Shown here piece after piece: positions 24,949 through 31,266 of a DNA stretch of 31,266 bases. The stretch lies in the IMG/VR virus record IMGVR_UViG_3300044695_001827, positions 1 to 31,266 of that record; one strand, given 5' to 3'. The DNA comes from a virus. Its lineage: Duplodnaviria; Caudoviricetes. A program made the translations under genes and the position numbers. The notes below the pieces were generated by a model. That model did no database searches. It was given only the letters and a program-made list of their open reading frames with translations, and had not been told where the DNA came from. The first letter of the stretch is position 1. Each line of letters starts with the position of its first letter.

Positions 24949-25689
24949 TCATCGATAACCCATGAATCCTCGACCACCGAATGCGCCAATGCCACCACCC
25001 ATTGGGTTGAAGTTGCCCATGAGGGAAGGCGAAGAACTTTTCGTCCAGTTCGGTTGTTCTTTCTTAGCCATTCTTTCCCAGTATTCTGGATAGTCTGTCT
25101 GCCGCATTTCCTCTGTCACACCGCGAGTGGCACGATCTTGGTCATACGCTTTTTGAGTTTCTGGAGGAAGCGGCGTAGGCATACCGCCCATGCCCTGCCT
25201 CAACCCCATACCACCGCCAATCAAATCTCTCCCAGAGAGATCGTTACTACCCGGCCTGCTGTTGTCGTAAGCGGGGCTTTGCGGCCCGAGGCGTTGCTGC
25301 GGGGGCTGCGGCTGAAACTGCATCTGCGGGGGCATAGTCCTTGGATTGAACCCTCTTCCAAAAGGATTTCCAAACGAAGGTTGCGAAAATCCACCACTAA
25401 ACGGCTGCTGGAACCCACCACCAAACCCACCAAACCCACCGAACTGAGGCTGTTCAAAGCCACCATACTGCGGCTGTTGGAATCCGCCGAACTGTGACTG
25501 GAATCCACCCATCCCGGTGTTGGCTCCGTAGTACCCAGAGAACGGGTTGAAGAACGAAGGGGGTTGGAAGTTCCGTGCATAGCCCATGCTGTAATCAGCA
25601 GGGGGGAGAGACGGATTCGGGGATGTCTGCAACCTCTGCTGGTTGTCAATCGGTCCACCAGAAGGATTAAATGACCCGCCTGCGCTCAT
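24949..25689 (-). CDS. low-complexity G/F/Q/P-rich protein (246 aa)
   Basis: TAAATG junction with the upstream gene; FGGFQQP-type repeats. Confidence 0.7.
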   Translation of the reverse strand: MSAGGSFNPSGGPIDNQQRLQTSPNPSLPPADYSMGYARNFQPPSFFNPFSGYYGANTGMGGFQSQFGGFQQPQYGGFEQPQFGGFGGFGGGFQQPFSGGFSQPSFGNPFGRGFNPRTMPPQMQFQPQPPQQRLGPQSPAYDNSRPGSNDLSGRDLIGGGMGLRQGMGGMPTPLPPETQKAYDQDRATRGVTEEMRQTDYPEYWERMAKKEQPNWTKSSSPSLMGNFNPMGGGIGAFGGRGFMGYR

Positions 25690-28242
25690 TTAAACGCTCC
25701 TCTGATAGGGACGAATCTGCTCAGTCGTTCCCATGGTTTTCTGTCGGATGTCATCGACAAGACCGTCGAAGAACGATGCGCCGTCTCCGGAGTATCCGCC
25801 GCCTGCAAGGGAGACCACATCAGCCGGGATGATGTACTCACCCGGAGACACGGCGACAGGGCGTTGGGTGCCGATCATTCCCTCGACAAGGTCATCCTGA
25901 CCGCCGCCCATACCCTCGACCATGCCATCGGTCTGCGCTCCCGGAACGATGTCCTGAAGGACTCGCTCACGAAGTTGCGAGAACACCTCCGGTCCATACA
26001 TCTCAACGAAGCGACTGATGATCTGGTCAGCGTTCTCAATCTCCCCACGGATAGCGGCAACAGTCATCTCAACGATGCTGTTCTCAGCGCCCATCTGGGA
26101 TTGATCGTCCATACCAGTCATACCACCTTCAGCGAATCCTTCAGTCATGCTGAATTCATCGAATGGGTTCTGGAAGGACGGCATGTTCTGAGACGGTGCA
26201 GATCTCTGCGAAGCCAACAGGCTCTCAAGCGAGGACAGTCGCTCCATGATGGGGTCGAAACTTACCTGCGGAGTACCACGGCTTTCGATGGAGGCGAGTC
26301 GCTGTTCCAGACCAGAGAGGTCGAAGGAAGGTTGAGGACGGCTCTGCAAAGCACCAATGCCTGACTGAAGGTCAGCAATCTGCTGCTGGATGGGAGACAG
26401 ATCAAACTGTGGGATATTCACCTGCGGGGCAGGAAGGTTCTCGAAACGAGTATTCAGTCCAGCAATCTGACTCTCAAGATTGGAAAAGTCAGGCGGGGTG
26501 TAGGAAGGGATTCTGCTGTAGTCGAACTCAGGCATGGGTCGAGACTCGATAGCCGCAAGACGCTGCTCAATTGGTGAGAAGTCAATTTGTCGATTACCAA
26601 TTGACCCGACACCGGTCTCAAGACCGCTCAGTCTGTCTTCGATCATCGACATATCGAACTGCGGAATCCTGTCGTAATCGAACTGCGGCATGGGGCGCGA
26701 TTCGATACTTGCCAACCTGTCCTCGATGCCGCTGAAATCAAACGGGGTGTAAGCAGGAATCCTGCTGTAGTCAAACTCAGGTATGGGTCGCGATTCGATA
26801 GCCGCAAGACGATCCCGGATTGGATTGAACTGGTTGTTAAGCAGTTCTTCCATGATGGACCTATCGAAACCACCCTCGTTGAAGTCAGGGGTTCCGCCCG
26901 TGTAAACGGGCATATCCATGTCTCCTCTTCCCGGCCTGCCCGTGAAATCAGAAACATCGTCAGCCATTCCGCCTCTTCCCGGACCGCCTCTGCCGCCCAT
27001 GAAGTCGCCATAGTTGCTCAGATACTCATCCAAGAAACCGCCATATCCCGGTCCCATGATGGGCTGATTGAAGTCAGGTCTACCACCCGGAGGGGTTCCG
27101 CCCGGAGGTCTAGTTTCATCAATAGGTTCCGGAGGAAGTGCTGGATAAAAGTACTGGACCTCAGGAGCAACACCAGCGAGATACCCTTCGCCGCCTACAT
27201 CCAATGCGCTGTACGAAGACGCAGGGGGAGGTACAAATCTAGGTCCGCGCAGATCCTCTTGGACACTTTTTGCAACAGGGAGGCCTGAGAACCTCATGGC
27301 GTTCAACATGTCCTCGTTGATAGCCGGACCACCTTCGGCAAAACGCTCAACCATACCGCCTGCTGCATACCCGCGACCGGGATATGCGCTACGAACTTGG
27401 TTAAACACATCCGACATCTGACCCCGGATACGATTCTTCTCTGCCTCCTGCTCCTCTTCGTAGGCTCTGGCACTACCCTGACCAGCAATTTCTTGCTGAC
27501 GGGCCATACGACCAGTCTCACCCACATAGACAGGCAAGAACGATTCTGGCTTGGCAAGATTGCTGATGAACTGACCGGGCTGCTGGAACGGCTGCGCGAA
27601 ACGCTGTCCCGCTGTCATTTCAACAGGAGGAATCCTTGCAGCAGGCGAGAATGCATCCGGACTCATTGAAGCGCCAAATCCTTCGAAGACATCTCCCACC
27701 GCAGAAGGTGCGGCCTGAGAAGCGATATCAGCGACGGGGTTTATTGCGGAGCCGAAGCCTTCGGCAACTTGCGGGATTTGAGTGGCAAGTTGTGTAGTTG
27801 TATCAGCAGCAGCCTGAGTAGCCGCCTGAGTGCCTGCCTGAGCAACTTCGGTTACAGGCGTAGCCAATTTATCTAGTCCACCCAAGGCAGACCCGATACC
27901 AAACCCGGTGATGCCGGACATGATGCCCTGCTCAAGATCGCCTGTAACGGCAGTAGTGGCAAGGCCAGAGCCTATAGCACCAGCCAGCGCGGCTTTTCCA
28001 GCCAATGCAGGGATTGCCGCAGGCAACAAGGATGACCCTAGGAAAGACCCCAGCAGGGGGGCCAGAAAGGGCAGGAACGCCTCTTTGCGACCCGTCATGG
28101 GATTCGTGGTCAACTGCCCGGTTGGCGACATACGAGACAACATCTGAACCTCTATGGGGTTCAGGTGTACAAGTTCTGAGTCACCGAAGCGCCCGTACTG
28201 GGCCAGTTGGTCTGCGACTTTTGAATATGGGGCGTTATACAT
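25690..28242 (-). CDS. 850-aa putative virion-associated protein with conserved ends and central repeats
   Basis: N-terminal GRFGDSELVHLNPIE...TTNPMTGRKEAF, C-terminal GGGQDD...VSPGEYIIPADVVS, central RLAxIESRPxPxFD repeats; AGGAG RBS. Confidence 0.75.
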   Translation of the reverse strand: MYNAPYSKVADQLAQYGRFGDSELVHLNPIEVQMLSRMSPTGQLTTNPMTGRKEAFLPFLAPLLGSFLGSSLLPAAIPALAGKAALAGAIGSGLATTAVTGDLEQGIMSGITGFGIGSALGGLDKLATPVTEVAQAGTQAATQAAADTTTQLATQIPQVAEGFGSAINPVADIASQAAPSAVGDVFEGFGASMSPDAFSPAARIPPVEMTAGQRFAQPFQQPGQFISNLAKPESFLPVYVGETGRMARQQEIAGQGSARAYEEEQEAEKNRIRGQMSDVFNQVRSAYPGRGYAAGGMVERFAEGGPAINEDMLNAMRFSGLPVAKSVQEDLRGPRFVPPPASSYSALDVGGEGYLAGVAPEVQYFYPALPPEPIDETRPPGGTPPGGRPDFNQPIMGPGYGGFLDEYLSNYGDFMGGRGGPGRGGMADDVSDFTGRPGRGDMDMPVYTGGTPDFNEGGFDRSIMEELLNNQFNPIRDRLAAIESRPIPEFDYSRIPAYTPFDFSGIEDRLASIESRPMPQFDYDRIPQFDMSMIEDRLSGLETGVGSIGNRQIDFSPIEQRLAAIESRPMPEFDYSRIPSYTPPDFSNLESQIAGLNTRFENLPAPQVNIPQFDLSPIQQQIADLQSGIGALQSRPQPSFDLSGLEQRLASIESRGTPQVSFDPIMERLSSLESLLASQRSAPSQNMPSFQNPFDEFSMTEGFAEGGMTGMDDQSQMGAENSIVEMTVAAIRGEIENADQIISRFVEMYGPEVFSQLRERVLQDIVPGAQTDGMVEGMGGGQDDLVEGMIGTQRPVAVSPGEYIIPADVVSLAGGGYSGDGASFFDGLVDDIRQKTMGTTEQIRPYQRSV
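26190..26830 (-). repeat. intragenic tandem peptide repeats
   Basis: 26513-26562 and 26762-26811 match at 46 of 50 nt (offset 249 nt); about 8 related FD.S.IE.RL units. Confidence 0.85.
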
Positions 28243-28310
28243 GGCAACTCCTATGGTTGCATGGAGCCACGGCTCCGGTGATTCTGGGGGAACAGCGTTT
28301 AAATTTCAAA
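28243..28310 (-). promoter_or_regulatory. putative promoter and structured leader of the internal-virion genes
   Basis: Minus strand TTGAAA-N17-CAGAAT, then GGAGC-CGTG-GCTCC and GCAAC-CATAGGA-GTTGC hairpins, the second containing the RBS. Confidence 0.5.
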
Positions 28311-28316
28311 TGGATA

Positions 28317-28913
28317 TCAGGTCTGTTCATATCTGGACACCCAGTTGACGGTGAGAATGATGGACGGGATGCCGGGGATGTTCCCGGAGGGTGATACGGC
28401 AGCGATAACCACATCCGTGTCGTTCGACTGCCATGCCAGTTCGAAGTAGTCCCCGGCTTGCATAACTAGAAAGAAGTTCCAAGCAGGAACAATCTCGCTG
28501 TTTGGGCCATCAATCACTACTTTGGTCGCGCTGTCCGGGACATTGACTCCGTTTACACGGGGCCAGATATAGACCGCAGAAGCGCCGCCACCGGTTTTGT
28601 CCAACTGGGCTGAGAACTGAAAATTGTACAGGCCGGTGTCGTTGACATAGACCTTGCTTGTTGGATTGCTACGGGCTATCTGGAACTCTGTTACAGCAGA
28701 GTTGTAAGTGAATAGGTTGACAGCATCAGCCACCGGGTTGGTCTGGGTGGTGGTGTCGTAGTAGGAGGCATGAGGAAGGGGCGAGTTGATCTCGTTCGTC
28801 AGGCCATTGAAGAACAACCGAAGGGCATTGGAGAACTGGTCTTGATAACGCCGTTCATATTGACCCGGCGCTACAGGCAAGTTCGGTGGTGCAATGCCGC
28901 TGACAAGAGCCAT
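28317..28913 (-). CDS. tail-associated protein with C-terminal beta-sandwich (C1q/BclA-C-like)
   Basis: PNLPVAP..Y...YQDQFSNALRLFF N-terminus; GLYNFQFSAQL, WPRVNG, AGDYFEL strands. Confidence 0.65.
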   Translation of the reverse strand: MALVSGIAPPNLPVAPGQYERRYQDQFSNALRLFFNGLTNEINSPLPHASYYDTTTQTNPVADAVNLFTYNSAVTEFQIARSNPTSKVYVNDTGLYNFQFSAQLDKTGGGASAVYIWPRVNGVNVPDSATKVVIDGPNSEIVPAWNFFLVMQAGDYFELAWQSNDTDVVIAAVSPSGNIPGIPSIILTVNWVSRYEQT

Positions 28914-31201
28914 TAGCGTCTACCATCCGGGCGCAAATCAAATCGCATGGCACCCATTTGCCACGCCACCCCAAGATCCGTAGAGGTCACACGAAGGGCC
29001 AACTGCCTCCCACGGATACGGGTATAGACCTGCTCGGTATATTGTTCCACAGGTAATACAACGGTGGCTTGAACCGAATCAATGTCAGGGGTTCCGTAAA
29101 CCGCACCGGGGTAATTGTGCGGATAAACCGCCAGCGTTACAGACGGAGATGATGCACTCGATCCCAAGAACTTCAGGTCCGGGATGATGCGAGAGACGAA
29201 ACTGAATTGTTCCCCGTCCCCGATATCGAAGTCTGAGGTCTGGATGAACGCAGTGATGGGTTCCGCCATGCCAGTCGAAAGATCATCCCAACCGATTTCG
29301 TGGAACATCACTTGGTTCGGCGCAGACAGACCGATGGAGTCATAGATGCTGTGCGAAACAGCGGTAGTTCCATTGACCCCACGGACACACCCGGTGAAGG
29401 TGTTGCTGCTCCTACCCGTATAGGTGATCTTTTCACTGCCAATCAACAAGGTTCCGACAGTGGGGAACGAGCCTGCGTTGATGGCATTGATGGTGGTATC
29501 GGTGGCAGAAATACTGGCTGCGAGATAGGTTTCCTGTACCCCAAAGGCAAGCATTGGGTATGTTCTGAGCGTCTGCTGGACAAAGGCTGTTCTGTTTAAA
29601 CTACCATAGTGCCAAGAGCCATCTTGGTAGTTGTACGCCACATAAAGGCTGTTGGTGTCGCTGTCCGTACCCGGATAGAACCACCATATTTCGCTGTACG
29701 CTTCGTTGATGCCCACCATCACCTGTGAGATCTGAGATCGATTCAAGGTGCTGAAGACATGCTGACGAAGGGTACAGGGCAACGACTGGACGCGACCGTC
29801 GTAGACGAAGAACTTGTCTTGGCCCATCCAGTAAACAGAGTTGTTGACCGCAATCACCGAGTTCTGAGATGCCACTGAGATGTCTTGGTCAAGGAGATTG
29901 ACCGACCAGACAAAGGGCGGACCCACATACTGCATGGAATAAATCGCGGTATCGGTGAATACCACGATCTCTTGGCGCGTCGAAACCGCTGTCACGATGG
30001 TCGAGCCGTTGGTGATGCGGATCTCACCAGACTGGTTGGTCAACGCAGGAACCCATTCATACGGGTTCTCTTGGTCTGACCAACGGATCAATAGCGGGTC
30101 GAATGCCGGGTTGAAGTCAATCGGGTTGTATGGCTTGGAACCAAAGCAAATCAAGAAGTCCCGCACCGGGGATGTATTGATCATCAACGATTCATCAGGG
30201 GCATGTCGCCCAGCATAGGATGCTGTGATTGCCACCGTTGCAGAGGCTGTGGTCGCCGCAGAGAGCGTCAGGGAGGTTGTCCCAGTCCATGCGACAGTGA
30301 CAAAGGCTCCAGAAGGAATGCCGCTACCAGCGATTACAGAGCCTGTCTCGATGCCCGTCGCATCCGATACAACGATGGTGGTCACACCAGAGGCGAAAGT
30401 AGCAGTGGTAGCCACCTTGGGAACAGAGTTTATCTTGGCCTGCAATGTAATTGCGCGGGACCAACTGGTGGTGTCATCCGTCCAGTAATAGATGTTGCCT
30501 TCGCGTTCCGCAAAAATCAGGTCATCTTCGTAATTGACGATGGACCAGAGGCGCATAGACAAGCCTACCGGCACACTGGAACCCCATGCTCCCGATCCCC
30601 ATGGACCTGAACCCCAACCGATGGCAGTGGTTGATACCGCTGGACCTGAGTCAATGTCGTAGACAACTACTACCGCAGATCCACCGCCTGTGGCAGTGGA
30701 AGTGGCAGCAGAGGCAGCAATGATGGTGTACGAGTTATCAGACGGGACACCGATGATCTCGTATGCACCGCTGATCGTCAGGCCACCTACCGCTGTGGCA
30801 CCTGAGATACTGATGTAAGTACCCGGTGTAACGCCATGAGCAGTCGCCGTTATGGTGATTAAACGGCTTCCATTGGTTGTGGCAATGGGATTTGCGCCAA
30901 GCGTTACGGTGCCTTGGGACGGTGTGATGTCATGATAGGTGCCGCCCAGTTCGACATAGAGTTTCTGATTGGTCGCAACGGCAAGCAAGTTCTGGCTTAA
31001 CCGGGTGACATAGTTCCACATGTACCGGCAGACACCGGCAAAGGTTCCGCCAGAAGCAGTAATGTTTTGCCAGCCACCGATCTTCTGGGCATACCCTCCC
31101 CGGAACCTTACCTTTTCGGAAACGAAGAAGCCGCCTTCGTTGGCATAGTTAGTGGTCTCTCTATTGACCCCCGCCCGAAGTTCCAGTTTTTGCAAAGGCA
31201 T
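28913..31201 (-). CDS. podovirus tail nozzle / packaged-DNA stabilization protein (beta-propeller) with Thr/Ala-rich inserted beta domains
   Basis: KVRFRGG..QKIGGW, IRWSDQE, YWMG...FFVYDG.V..LPC, EIWWFYP, RIRGRQ, DLRPDGRR C-terminus. Confidence 0.75.
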   Translation of the reverse strand: MPLQKLELRAGVNRETTNYANEGGFFVSEKVRFRGGYAQKIGGWQNITASGGTFAGVCRYMWNYVTRLSQNLLAVATNQKLYVELGGTYHDITPSQGTVTLGANPIATTNGSRLITITATAHGVTPGTYISISGATAVGGLTISGAYEIIGVPSDNSYTIIAASAATSTATGGGSAVVVVYDIDSGPAVSTTAIGWGSGPWGSGAWGSSVPVGLSMRLWSIVNYEDDLIFAEREGNIYYWTDDTTSWSRAITLQAKINSVPKVATTATFASGVTTIVVSDATGIETGSVIAGSGIPSGAFVTVAWTGTTSLTLSAATTASATVAITASYAGRHAPDESLMINTSPVRDFLICFGSKPYNPIDFNPAFDPLLIRWSDQENPYEWVPALTNQSGEIRITNGSTIVTAVSTRQEIVVFTDTAIYSMQYVGPPFVWSVNLLDQDISVASQNSVIAVNNSVYWMGQDKFFVYDGRVQSLPCTLRQHVFSTLNRSQISQVMVGINEAYSEIWWFYPGTDSDTNSLYVAYNYQDGSWHYGSLNRTAFVQQTLRTYPMLAFGVQETYLAASISATDTTINAINAGSFPTVGTLLIGSEKITYTGRSSNTFTGCVRGVNGTTAVSHSIYDSIGLSAPNQVMFHEIGWDDLSTGMAEPITAFIQTSDFDIGDGEQFSFVSRIIPDLKFLGSSASSPSVTLAVYPHNYPGAVYGTPDIDSVQATVVLPVEQYTEQVYTRIRGRQLALRVTSTDLGVAWQMGAMRFDLRPDGRR

Positions 31202-31203
31202 CG

Positions 31204-31266
31204 TTATACCTTGCGTTCAAAATGAGGAACATCCTTGAACGACTTCCAGAACCCGCCCCATTGATT
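31204..31266 (-). CDS. C-terminus of M15-family peptidase endolysin (partial)
   Basis: Translates NQWGGFWKSFKDVPHFERKV*, matching the WGG.W...D.PHFE motif. Confidence 0.75.
   Translation of the reverse strand, partial: NQWGGFWKSFKDVPHFERKV

Noticed and set aside
13907-30610. Many long + strand ORFs opposite the virion genes (e.g. 13907-14794, 16229-16972, 23716-24441)
   Set aside because: Antisense shadows of long coding genes; no RBS or protein motifs.
1-31266. tRNA genes or stop-codon reassignment
   Set aside because: No cloverleaf with a T-loop consensus was seen in the few gaps; genes are intact in the standard code and all three stop codons are used.

Overview
A 31-kb stretch of a dsDNA tailed phage genome, podovirus-like by inference and probably infecting a Gram-negative host. 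Bases 1-1075 (+) hold small early genes ending at a terminator. 1117-4035 (-) hold a PD-(D/E)xK-like nuclease, a T7 gp4/Twinkle-type primase-helicase and RusA; a ~330-nt highly base-paired leader with its own promoter lies between rusA and the primase. 4085-13252 (+) is a long coupled operon: exonuclease, Sak-type annealase, SSB, three glycosyltransferase domains (two fused behind a TPR), an FkbM methyltransferase, many small mosaic ORFs and NinB. 13170-31266 (-) is the late virion module: end of an M15 endolysin, tail proteins, low-complexity internal virion proteins, a GNAT-like protein, a 2649-aa polyvalent virion protein and an HNH-like gene. The strongest leads are: (1) the giant protein, a HExxH metallopeptidase followed by effector-like modules (ADP-ribosyltransferase, ART-like, GP88-like) separated by a recurring R-E-S-R motif, with an exact 20-bp DNA repeat at two junctions; (2) the structured RNA ahead of the primase; (3) the glycosylation gene set; (4) apparent absence of AGCT together with enrichment of GTTTAAAC. 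All family assignments come from motif recognition by eye; no database search was run.
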